64,000 nt of DNA from a bacterium (GCA_963675755.2 CAXXMD010000003.1:1024001-1088000), one strand, 5' to 3'; positions 48,146 through 57,230 are shown, counted from the first letter of the stretch. Notes: generated by a model not told the origin, from the sequence alone. Numbers and translations are program-made.

Positions 48146-48603
48146 AACCACAGAGCCACAAAGAACACAGAGAAAAATAAAAGACAACCTCCCGAGGGCT
48201 GATAATCCCTCGGGAGGATTATTTCCAATACTGTTCTATCCCCATCAGTTCCAGGGCAGAGCCACTGGAACCAGAAACGAAAATTCCCGGGCCCTGAGTT
48301 CGAGTGAGTTCGCTTATTGCGAACGAGAGTATCGAAGGGCCGGAATTCGACTCTCTTACTCTTGCCCAAAAACTTAACCACAGATGCATCCGCCAGTGGG
48401 CAGACAGGCGCGGATAAAATCACGATCGCAACAGCGTTGATATCTGTCACGATCTTATTGGTTAAGGCTTTTCTCTGCGCTCTTGGCGTCTCTGCGTACA
48501 AGTTTATATTACTTGATTACACCCTCCCGAGGTGCTCACAGCCCTCGGGAGGATGATTACATTACACATATATACCCATCCTAGTTCTGCGGTTCTGCGT
48601 TAA
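48146..48603. repeat. Mosaic of REP-like palindromes and inverted motif pairs
   Basis: CCTCCCGAGG hairpins at 48188-48217 and 48523-48552; GTTCCAG..CTGGAAC at 48248-48271; CCCTGAGT..GTATCGAAGGG at 48292-48339; inverted CACAGAG/CTCTGCG pair at 48149-48173 and 48472-48496. Confidence 0.85.
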
Positions 48604-48617
48604 AACGCGTATCACCC

Positions 48618-49547
48618 CTATTTATAATCCGTGTTGACAATATAGCGAATACCATCCTCATACGATGTAGGTTTGAACCCGAACCGGTTTTCAAACTTGC
48701 TGCTGTCAAACACATAGTCCCGGTCATTCTGGTACATCATTTCAACCACCTCTTTCATGGTGATGTCAAACAATCCAATTATACGCATCATAAACCGGGA
48801 TGAAACCATATATTTAGGCTCAACACCCAGTTCCTTTGCAATGGCCTCTACCCACTCTTTACCCGTAAAAGGATTAGGCGCCGTGGGTAAATGCCAGACC
48901 TGGTTATAGGCTGCGTCTGTGTTGCCCAGCAAAGCCGTGGCTCTACCGGCATCCGGGGTATAGGTATACGAGTGCTTCTTGTTCGCGTCCGCCAGCCAGA
49001 TAGCCTTTTTACCACGCACCAGATAATTGAACACCGTTTCTGTTAATACGCTGGTTTTTTTAATCGACGGACCATAAAAATCCGCTGACCGGGCCACCAG
49101 TGCCTGCAACTTATCCTTTTCCACACTGTCAAAAATCATATCCACCAACGCTGCCCGTATTGCTCCCTTTTTGCTTACCGGACGGATGGGGGTTTCTTCA
49201 GTCATGTGCGACAGGTAATCCGGATCATACAAGTAAATATTGTCAAAAAACACCAGCTTGCTCTTGTGCGTCTTGCATGCGTCTATTACATTCTGCACAA
49301 TCACCGGCCATTTGGACTGCCATACTTTGAAATCATAAGGCAAACCTACCGTCAAATAGACCACATCAGAACCGTTAACCGCGTTTAGCACCTCATCGGG
49401 CTTGGTAAGATCGGCCGCTAAAAGCTGGTCTGTTTCATTCACTTTTTCAGGATTCCGACTCACCAGTCGGATATCCTCTGTATATTGTGTAAGGGCTTTA
49501 GCCAATTCCACACCAATGGCACCCCCGGAACCCAATATTGTCTGCAT
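48618..49547 (-). CDS. NAD-dependent epimerase/dehydratase (atypical SDR)
   Basis: TILGSGGAIG, FFDNIY.Y, SKKG.IR, ARSADFYGP, HSYTYTPD. Confidence 0.9.
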   Translation of the reverse strand: MQTILGSGGAIGVELAKALTQYTEDIRLVSRNPEKVNETDQLLAADLTKPDEVLNAVNGSDVVYLTVGLPYDFKVWQSKWPVIVQNVIDACKTHKSKLVFFDNIYLYDPDYLSHMTEETPIRPVSKKGAIRAALVDMIFDSVEKDKLQALVARSADFYGPSIKKTSVLTETVFNYLVRGKKAIWLADANKKHSYTYTPDAGRATALLGNTDAAYNQVWHLPTAPNPFTGKEWVEAIAKELGVEPKYMVSSRFMMRIIGLFDITMKEVVEMMYQNDRDYVFDSSKFENRFGFKPTSYEDGIRYIVNTDYK

Positions 49548-49791
49548 AATATATATTCTCCTTTAATTCAAATTCTATTCGCTAAAAACAACAATCGCAA
49601 ATGCTGTTTCCATCCATATTTCTTGTGAACATACGCAGGTATGGGGCAGGTGTTTCAGGGTTTGTACTAGTTTCTTATTTATTCTGTATTATGCAACACG
49701 CTCATTTATCGTTCAAACATTGTCGAAATGATAACAGACATCTTTATGAAATCCTCTCAGAAATTGTCCTGATTTCCCTCTTCGTTTATTG

Positions 49792-49990
49792 GTTCCAGGG
49801 CAGAGCCACTGGAACCAGAAAAAAAATCCCGGACCCTGAGTGTCTGCCGTAGGCAGATGTATCGAAGGGAAGGGACTCTTGATGTACTTTTGGAAATCTT
49901 GATCTATTGATAAACGTAGATTAAAATACGATGGTGACAGAGATAATCTCTGTCACCATCAGTTTGATTAATGCTTTCTCTGGTATTCTT
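49792..49990. repeat. Second, diverged copy of the 48248-48490 palindrome block
   Basis: 30-nt exact match to 48248-48277; CCCTGAGT..GTATCGAAGGG at 49834-49869; perfect 15-bp-arm palindrome at 49930-49960. Confidence 0.85.
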
Positions 49991-50124
49991 GTCAGCTTTA
50001 TATTTAAAAAAGTTATTTTCCGTAAAACAGATTTAACAATTGCTTACACAATCTTGCTTGCTTCAATTACGGCAATTTTATATATTATTAAACAGGTAAC
50101 CATCAACAAATCCCGGCGGCGAAC

Positions 50125-50850
50125 ATGGATCTGTCCATTATTATACCAGCATATAATGAGCACAAAAAGATAAGACGTGATATTTTAGAAGCATCTACGT
50201 TTCTTGAAAACCACAATCTTGAAGGCGAGATTATTATTGTGGATGACGGAAGTACCGATTATACAGCGGAATCTGCTATTCTTGCAGACGTTCCCCCGAA
50301 TATAAAAAAAGAGGTGATTCATTATACACCCAATCGCGGCAAGGGTTACGCGGTTCGTCAGGGAATGCAGGAATCTCTGGGCAAATATATCATGTTTATT
50401 GATAGCGGCAACACGGTGCCCTGGGAGCATGTTAATCGCGGATTGGAATTGTTACAATCCGACCAGTGCGACATTGCCAACGCCTCACGACGATTGCCTG
50501 AAAGCCGCATCGTACGTCCCCATCTCAAAGCACGACAAATCACTTCGCTCATTTTTCGTCGTGTTGCCAGATTACTGATGGGCATTCCGGACTGGGTCAC
50601 AGATACCCAATGCGGATTAAAAATGTACAAGGGAGACATTGGCCGCCGGTTGTATGCAGAATGCACCACCGACGGTTTTCTGTTTGATATTGAAATCTTG
50701 CTCAAAGCGTTGAAAAACAATTATCGGATCAAAGAATTCCCCATTGACTGGTATGCAGACGTGGACAGCCGGTTGGCGCCCACGCGCACCTTTATGAATA
50801 TGTTACTGGAAATGTGGGAAATCACCAAAGAAATGCGAAACTATCACTAG
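50125..50850 (+). CDS. GT2 polyprenyl/dolichyl-phosphate glycosyltransferase (DPG-synthase-like)
   Basis: LSIIIPAYNE, IIVDDGSTD, NRGKG.AVR.G, DTQCG.K, F.FD.EIL. Confidence 0.9.
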   Translation: MDLSIIIPAYNEHKKIRRDILEASTFLENHNLEGEIIIVDDGSTDYTAESAILADVPPNIKKEVIHYTPNRGKGYAVRQGMQESLGKYIMFIDSGNTVPWEHVNRGLELLQSDQCDIANASRRLPESRIVRPHLKARQITSLIFRRVARLLMGIPDWVTDTQCGLKMYKGDIGRRLYAECTTDGFLFDIEILLKALKNNYRIKEFPIDWYADVDSRLAPTRTFMNMLLEMWEITKEMRNYH

Positions 50851-51806
50851 TCCCACTGTCTGCCTAAACGCAGTATCTGCTTTTTACCATCTTCGTCAGA
50901 TACAATCAGCACAGACACTTCGGGAAAGTCCTCAATATACTGCTCAATTTCTTCAAAATCCATTACCATGAATGCTGTGGACAATGCGTCACCTTCTGCT
51001 GCATCCGGGGTAAATACCCAGGTTGCCCGTTTACGTTTTAACGGCTGCCCGTTACGGGGATCAATAATGTGACTGCCCTTCATTAATCCCGAACTGCACA
51101 TGGCATTGTTCTCGAGATCAATTTTTTCCAGCACTTTGTTTGTAAAAGGATCGGTTATAGACACCGGCCAGCCTGCGCGTCCCGGCATGCGTCCTCGTGA
51201 AACAACAGAACTGTAACCGCCATGAATGAGCATATTTTCAATGTCCCACTCTTCAAGCTGTGTTGCCATTTCATCAACCGCATACCCTTTGCCATATCCA
51301 CCCAGATCAATGTTGACAGAATCCAATGATTTTGAAACGGAAAAATCATCCACATCAAAAAAGAGGAGATCCATACCTGTCTCATTTAATACTTTATCAA
51401 TCTCAGATTTGGAGGGATTACGTAAAGACTTGTCGGGATTCAGCCACAACTGCATCAACGAACCAATTGTCACATCAAATATGCCGTTGGTATGGTTGAA
51501 AAATTCCTGGCAGGCAAGCAGGCAATCGAACGCATCCTGTCCTACCCTTACCGGAGTATCTGCTGCTGCAACATTTATACGGGTAATATCGCTCCCCTCA
51601 ACATACTTGCTGAGGTCCCCTTCGAGCTGATCAAGTAAAATAAAGCCTTCATGTGCTGCCTGGGCTGCATATTGTTTATCCTGGTCCGCAATATAAATTT
51701 CATATACGGTGCCCATGGCTTCGTGTTCAAAACGGTGCACATTTTTTTGGGCGGCTACGCCCTCCGGATGGATGGTCCGGTCCAGCGAAATGTCATTCTC
51801 TTTCAT
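50847..51806 (-). CDS. apbE: FAD:protein FMN transferase
   Basis: AMGT, SDI.RIN, FDVT.G, IDLGG.GKGYAVD, HIIDPR.G, DALSTA. Confidence 0.92.
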   Translation of the reverse strand: MKENDISLDRTIHPEGVAAQKNVHRFEHEAMGTVYEIYIADQDKQYAAQAAHEGFILLDQLEGDLSKYVEGSDITRINVAAADTPVRVGQDAFDCLLACQEFFNHTNGIFDVTIGSLMQLWLNPDKSLRNPSKSEIDKVLNETGMDLLFFDVDDFSVSKSLDSVNIDLGGYGKGYAVDEMATQLEEWDIENMLIHGGYSSVVSRGRMPGRAGWPVSITDPFTNKVLEKIDLENNAMCSSGLMKGSHIIDPRNGQPLKRKRATWVFTPDAAEGDALSTAFMVMDFEEIEQYIEDFPEVSVLIVSDEDGKKQILRLGRQWD

Positions 51807-53403
51807 TTTCCTTTTCTTGATTTGTTATTGGTGGTTGTTCATAGTAATATTTATCAAATAAAGATTTTACAACATAGCCTCTTATTTCAATCATTGGCCG
51901 CAGTTCGCGGTAATCGTCAAACAGGGGCATATACAACTCCCTGTGACCTGGTGGTGGAATTTCATACAATTTCCGTGCCAGTTCAGACTCTAAAGCGGGA
52001 GTAACAAGCACAATAGGTGCTGCCGGAGTATCCATATTTACCTCAGTCCACCATCCAATTCTGGGAAACTCGCGTAAATACCAGGGCAATGGCCAGTAAT
52101 CTCCACCAGCACAAATTACATCTATCCGAACGTTGTTACCATCCGGATGATATTTCGCAACTGCTGTTACTTTGTCTCTAATGGCAAAAACATCTTTTTG
52201 CGGATGAGAAAACACCCAAGGATTGGAAGGATCGTCATAATATTTAAAATTTCCCAGCAGAGATTGCCATAACAGATTGGCAGAGCCTAACAGCAACAGA
52301 AAAACAATACCGCCAATTACCATGCGGTTACGTATTATTGACAACAGGAAAACCAGGCCTGCGGCAGCTAAAATTATAAATCCATGCCAAAAGCCAAGAA
52401 CAATCCAGGGGGTTTTATAAGGAATGGCGGAATAAAGAACTGTTAAAATCAAAGTAAACAAGGCAATAAATCTGAGCAAATTCTCATCAATTCGAGAACT
52501 GCACCGCCCGCTGAAAACAGCCCAAAGTCCTACCAGTGCCAGGGCAAAGATAAATCCCTCACTCCAGTTCACACCATATGTCGCAGGATTATATAATAAT
52601 ATTTTTAAATACCAGTACCAGGGATAAATATGAATATCAAAATTACCCGCCTTGTTGAAATAATTGGTAAATGTAATTACAGAATCAACTATACCACGCG
52701 GATTTGCAAAAAAGGAAGAAAAAAACAATATCGATACACCCACAGCAGACAAAAACAAGGCGGCTACATGGTCCCAACGAACCAACTTTAAATATTCACG
52801 AGTAGCAATAGGGTGCCAGGCAAAAGCATTTATCAGCAATGCAAGCCCCATAGCTCCCCACACAATAATACAGGTCTCTTTGGTAGCGTGCATCAACCCA
52901 ATAAACACTCCCATCCATATAGCCCAGGCAATATGGTGGGTCTTTAAATATCGATAAGCGGAAACAATTACCCCAAATGAAAACGCAACCAGGAGTATTT
53001 CCATAATATAATATCTGCTGTAAAACACCATAACAGGAGAAATCGCTGTTAGGAATCCGGCCGATATTACAATTGGCCAGCCCAGTCCTTTTACAAGGGG
53101 AAACAACAAAAGAATAAGCAGCAGACCAAAAAAGACGGTAACCACTCGCAAAGTAAACTCGTCCAGTTCAGGATACGTAAACTGGCCTCTTAGAACAGCT
53201 GGAACAAGGGAGAAATAATTTAATGTAGGACCATGATACTCGTGCCAGTCATACTTGTAGTCATTATGTTCAATCAATTCCCCAAGTTTAACAGCATGAA
53301 TGGCTTCATCCGTGTGCAGGGCACGAATAGAAAGCTGCGGCAAGCGTATGGCTGCCGCAGCTAAAATAACAATTATAAAAAGAATTAATTTTTTTGTTTT
53401 CAC
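51793..53403 (-). CDS. TIGR03663/Agl23-like GT-C membrane glycosyltransferase
   Basis: R..H.DEA.H, Y.YD..EYHGP.L, SP...FYSRY.I.E, ATKET, YK.PW, YWPLPWYLR; multi-TM. Confidence 0.8.
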   Translation of the reverse strand: MKTKKLILFIIVILAAAAIRLPQLSIRALHTDEAIHAVKLGELIEHNDYKYDWHEYHGPTLNYFSLVPAVLRGQFTYPELDEFTLRVVTVFFGLLLILLLFPLVKGLGWPIVISAGFLTAISPVMVFYSRYYIMEILLVAFSFGVIVSAYRYLKTHHIAWAIWMGVFIGLMHATKETCIIVWGAMGLALLINAFAWHPIATREYLKLVRWDHVAALFLSAVGVSILFFSSFFANPRGIVDSVITFTNYFNKAGNFDIHIYPWYWYLKILLYNPATYGVNWSEGFIFALALVGLWAVFSGRCSSRIDENLLRFIALFTLILTVLYSAIPYKTPWIVLGFWHGFIILAAAGLVFLLSIIRNRMVIGGIVFLLLLGSANLLWQSLLGNFKYYDDPSNPWVFSHPQKDVFAIRDKVTAVAKYHPDGNNVRIDVICAGGDYWPLPWYLREFPRIGWWTEVNMDTPAAPIVLVTPALESELARKLYEIPPPGHRELYMPLFDDYRELRPMIEIRGYVVKSLFDKYYYEQPPITNQEKENERE

Positions 53404-54122
53404 TTCACCGGTTTGCCGTATACGGCGACTTCGATATAGTGGTTAAGGTCGTTATTGCTATTGCCAGCGCTATAACAGCGAACATAGCGGCCTTTAACAC
53501 CTTTGGCGTCAATCAGACGACCTTCAGAAGTTTCAACATAATGTTTATCACTTCCTGCGCCCAAACCAGCAGAGTTGTCAATGTCATTATTATAAATGGT
53601 ACTTACATTCTGGGTAAAATCAGCATCATCAGCAACCTGAACAATCACATCAAAATAAACACGTGCCTGTTTGTGGAAATGCCACAAAACAACCGCATAA
53701 ATATTACTTTGTTCTTCCAGATCAATGGTTACATGCTGCAAAAAGGGTCCAAGCTCTACATAGCTGCCATCTGCGGCTTCTTTGTCATTATCGGTAATCA
53801 TATCAATTTCACCAATAATAGGCATATCATCGGTACTGGTTACCGGTTTTCCTTCAGCAAGATTTACTGTGCCTTTAGGTGCCAAAAATGGTGCACGGGC
53901 TTTACCCAATGGTTTTTCAAGGTTAGGTACGTTCAAATTTTGAGGAGTTCCCACAAACATCGGTTTGGGCAATTCCAATGGAATTGGTTCCATATCTTGC
54001 GCTTGTGCTTTGGATGTCATAACATCCACACCAATAACTGACAATGTCAAAGTCAGTGCAAATGACAAAATATAGGTACGCATAAGGAATTTACTCAACA
54101 TGGCTATACTCTCCTTTTTCAT
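53400..54122 (-). CDS. Exported protein with discoidin / F5-8 type C (galactose-binding-like) domain
   Basis: Hydrophobic leader; LP.P.F.GTP, NLA.GKPVT, ITD.DK, VTIDL, RYVR.YS, NHYIEV.VYG; GTGA overlap with the next gene. Confidence 0.75.
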   Translation of the reverse strand: MKKESIAMLSKFLMRTYILSFALTLTLSVIGVDVMTSKAQAQDMEPIPLELPKPMFVGTPQNLNVPNLEKPLGKARAPFLAPKGTVNLAEGKPVTSTDDMPIIGEIDMITDNDKEAADGSYVELGPFLQHVTIDLEEQSNIYAVVLWHFHKQARVYFDVIVQVADDADFTQNVSTIYNNDIDNSAGLGAGSDKHYVETSEGRLIDAKGVKGRYVRCYSAGNSNNDLNHYIEVAVYGKPVK

Positions 54123-54277
54123 ATGCCAATGTACTTATTTTCATGTTAAACATTTAACGATCTGACAGTTCAATAGTTTCAAATCAAATCGCAGGAATAA
54201 TATAACATGTATTAAAAAAATATGCAAACAAAAACAATATAAAATTAAATTCGTTTAAAAACAGTCACTTATACTAC

Positions 54278-54302
54278 AAAAACGCCCGCAAGGGGCGTTT
54301 TT
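54278..54302 (-). terminator. Intrinsic terminator
   Basis: AAAAACGCCC-gcaag-GGGCGTTTTT. Confidence 0.75.
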
Positions 54303-54305
54303 AAT

Positions 54306-55751
54306 TTATAATTCTTTAATTTTCAAGTTTCTAAACCAAACAGGCTGACCATGGTCCTGAAAGCCTATATGACCTTCTCTAACCATATCTTTATAAGCGT
54401 ATTTGAATTTATTCGGGGTACCATCCGGATTTTTACCAGCTTCTGTCCAGTCATTCAGATCCATTTCAATAATCTGTTCACCGTTTTGCACAACCCAAAT
54501 CATGTTATCTTTACAGGTAATGGTATAATGGTTCCATTCATTGGCTTTTTTCTGATTCTGCACTTTGGGTGCTTTTACATCATAGATCGCGCCACACATT
54601 CCAATTCTTGCTCCATCTGTGGTTTCATGCACTTGCACTTCAATGCTGGTATGGGTTGTGTTTTCAAGATCGCTGCAACGGAAAAATACACCGCTGTTTG
54701 CACCTTCAGAAACCTTATATTCTACGTCCAGAATAAAATCACCATAACGTTCTTCGGTCCAGATATAACCCTTATGGTGCCAGGTCAGTTCACCATTTTC
54801 CCAGGTCCATGCACCAGGATTCATAACTGCATTTGACAGATCACATTTGAGCAAGCACTTCCAACCGGAAGGATTCAAAGATTGCGCAACATGGTTGAAA
54901 TATTTTACACAATCACGAATTTCTGGAACAGAAAATTCCCAGTTGTGCTCATATTCAATTGAAAAAGTACCTTTGTAACCCTGTTTGTGCAGCAGTTCCA
55001 TAATGCCTTTAACATCTGCTTTTCCTGTGCCCCACTGAACATCGTGAGCGTCTTTTCTACCAAAAGAATTCAAATCTTTAAAATGTAAAGCAATCAGACG
55101 GTCACCCAACTTTTCAATTGCTTCTTTGGGGTCAATACCTGAACGCATCCAGTGACCGGTGTCTCCCATCGCGCCAATCCATTTGCTGCGGCCCTTGCAA
55201 ACCTTGAGAACGGTTTCGGGATCCCAGTAATGAGAAGGTTTGGGATGATTGTGAATAGCTACATTAATCTTGTATTCCTGACACAATTTATCAATCAAAT
55301 CAAATGCTTCTTCCGGGGGTTCAGAAGCGATGGTTTCAATTCCCATGTCTTTACAAAAATCAAAAACTTTACGGCACTCTTTTTCGTCATTCGGAAGGCT
55401 GATCACACCGTAATTCACCAGGGTCATTCCATATTCTTTTAATCTGGCTTTAATTTCAGCTCTTTTTTCTGCGGGCATGTCTGTGGTGGTTTTCATGTTT
55501 GGATCATCTTTGCTGATAACCTGTCCCGGGTACATTTCAACCCAATCGAGTCCCAGAGATGCCATTTTATCCAATGCTTCATAAAAGGTATAACGGTTAA
55601 AGGTGTATGCCTGTGCACCCAATCGCCAGCCTTCATAAGCATCAGTTGCGGGATGATATGTTGTAGGAAGTTCTTCGGCAAAAGTCATTACCGAACAGAC
55701 CAAAATCAGGGCACCAATCAGTGCCAACTTTAAAGATTTTTTAATACTCAT
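54306..55751 (-). CDS. Xylose-isomerase-like TIM barrel fused to DUF1080 (3-keto-disaccharide hydrolase-like), secreted
   Basis: G.QAYTF, AIHNH, DTGHW.RSG, H.KD, SIEYE; then Y.DF.L..EYK, NSG.FFR, E.Q, GAIYD, EWN, GHIGFQDHG..VWFRN.KI. Confidence 0.88.
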   Translation of the reverse strand: MSIKKSLKLALIGALILVCSVMTFAEELPTTYHPATDAYEGWRLGAQAYTFNRYTFYEALDKMASLGLDWVEMYPGQVISKDDPNMKTTTDMPAEKRAEIKARLKEYGMTLVNYGVISLPNDEKECRKVFDFCKDMGIETIASEPPEEAFDLIDKLCQEYKINVAIHNHPKPSHYWDPETVLKVCKGRSKWIGAMGDTGHWMRSGIDPKEAIEKLGDRLIALHFKDLNSFGRKDAHDVQWGTGKADVKGIMELLHKQGYKGTFSIEYEHNWEFSVPEIRDCVKYFNHVAQSLNPSGWKCLLKCDLSNAVMNPGAWTWENGELTWHHKGYIWTEERYGDFILDVEYKVSEGANSGVFFRCSDLENTTHTSIEVQVHETTDGARIGMCGAIYDVKAPKVQNQKKANEWNHYTITCKDNMIWVVQNGEQIIEMDLNDWTEAGKNPDGTPNKFKYAYKDMVREGHIGFQDHGQPVWFRNLKIKEL

Positions 55752-55789
55752 GAGTCATCCTATTTTTGATAAACTTGAAGAAAGGAAAA

Positions 55790-55818
55790 AGAACTGCCGG
55801 CATGGGACCGGCAGTTCC
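55790..55818 (-). terminator. Intergenic hairpin (terminator or mRNA stabiliser)
   Basis: GAACTGCCGG-catggga-CCGGCAGTTC with an A-rich left flank. Confidence 0.6.
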
Positions 55819-55826
55819 TGAATTTA

Positions 55827-57230
55827 TTAATATTCTAATTTCCAACCATTGCGATAGTCGGTATGAACTAATTCATTAGCTTTATCATTGTTGGTGAATT
55901 TCATATTTTTTGCATCCCATTGCAGGATTTTGTTATCATCCTGTAACAATGTTGCAATATTTCCAAGCATCATAGCTTCAGTCAGGGGACCGGAATATGA
56001 AAAATCAGTGGTTGATTTTTTACCATCTTTAATAGCCTGGATCCATTCCGCGTAAATACCAGGTGAACGTTCGATGGTTTTCTTGGGTTGTTTGTATTTT
56101 TTCATCTTGGCTTCGGGAATGATACGTGGGCTGCTGCCATAGGTACCACACATAATTGTGCCTTCAGTACCAACAAACAGTACACCACCACCACCGTCAC
56201 CCATACGACGACCATCTTCCAACTCTTTCGGACGTGGTGGTGTTAATCCACCATCATACCAGGTCAATTCAACAGGAGCCATTTTTCCACGTTTGGGGAA
56301 TGTAAAATGTACGGTAGATGCCAATGGGAAAGAATCAGACCATAAATCTGAAGAAGATGCCTGAATAGTTTCAGGAGCTTCCAACTTTAATGCCCACCAG
56401 GGATGATCAATCAAGTGTGCACCCATATCGCCAACAGCACCGGTTCCAAAATCTTTCCAGCCTCTCCATGCAAATGGATGATATGCAGGATGATAAGGAC
56501 GCCATGGGGCAGGTCCTAAGAACAGGTCCCAATCCAGTGTTGGGGGAACTGAAGGAATTTCTTTGGGTGCATCAATACCCTGCGGCCATACCGGACGGTT
56601 GGTCCAAACATGAACGCGGGTAACATCACCAATAGCTCCGTCCCAGATCCATTCGTTGATCAGGCGTGCATCTTCACTTGCATGGCCCTGGTTACCCATC
56701 TGGGTTACAACATCCATCTCTTTGGCTGTTTTAGCAAGCATACGTGCTTCATATACAGAGTGGGTCAAAGGTTTCTGGCAATAAACATGTTTTTTCATAC
56801 TCATCGCTTTCATCGCGATTGTCGCATGTGTATGGTCCGGAGTACTGATAGTTACAGCATCAATTTCCGGCATAGAATCTAACATTTCACGAAAATCACG
56901 GAAACGTTTTGCATTCTTGAACAGTATAGGCAGGTTAGGATGTTTTTCTTTATCTCTATCTACATGTTCTTTAAATTTACCAAACATAGTGTCATCAACA
57001 TCGCAAAGCGCAATTACATTTTCAGAACTTACGCCACTTATATCAGATTTTCCTTTGCCACCGATACCAATTGCAGCTATATTTAATTTATCACTTGGAG
57101 CTGTTTTTCCATTACCTGCCAATACACTATTGGGCACAATGGAAAACGCAGCAGCGGCTGCAGCTGCTCCACCAATAAATTCACGACGATTCATACCTTC
57201 GCCTTTTTTATCTTGTTCATTACCTTTCAC
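55827..57230 (-). CDS. Gfo/Idh/MocA oxidoreductase, Tat-exported
   Basis: NRREFIG; IGIGGKG; STPDHTH; YCQKPL; QMGNQG; GDMGAH. Confidence 0.93.
   Translation of the reverse strand: MKGNEQDKKGEGMNRREFIGGAAAAAAAFSIVPNSVLAGNGKTAPSDKLNIAAIGIGGKGKSDISGVSSENVIALCDVDDTMFGKFKEHVDRDKEKHPNLPILFKNAKRFRDFREMLDSMPEIDAVTISTPDHTHATIAMKAMSMKKHVYCQKPLTHSVYEARMLAKTAKEMDVVTQMGNQGHASEDARLINEWIWDGAIGDVTRVHVWTNRPVWPQGIDAPKEIPSVPPTLDWDLFLGPAPWRPYHPAYHPFAWRGWKDFGTGAVGDMGAHLIDHPWWALKLEAPETIQASSSDLWSDSFPLASTVHFTFPKRGKMAPVELTWYDGGLTPPRPKELEDGRRMGDGGGGVLFVGTEGTIMCGTYGSSPRIIPEAKMKKYKQPKKTIERSPGIYAEWIQAIKDGKKSTTDFSYSGPLTEAMMLGNIATLLQDDNKILQWDAKNMKFTNNDKANELVHTDYRNGWKLEY

Noticed and set aside
48136-48556. ORFs 48136-48501 (-) and 48317-48556 (+)
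   Set aside because: They lie entirely on the palindrome mosaic, lack an RBS or family motif, and translate repeat DNA (e.g. LCALGVSA, SVFFVALWL).
48248-49821. 30-nt exact repeat pair as CRISPR repeats or prophage att sites
   Set aside because: Only two copies, 1.5 kb apart, embedded in longer homologous blocks; no integrase or tRNA nearby.
49601-50173. ORFs 49601-49852 and 49931-50173 (+)
   Set aside because: They overlap the second repeat block and the GT2 start; no recognisable protein features.
53394-54041. 215-aa plus-strand ORF
   Set aside because: Antisense shadow of the discoidin-like gene, which is translationally coupled to its neighbour.
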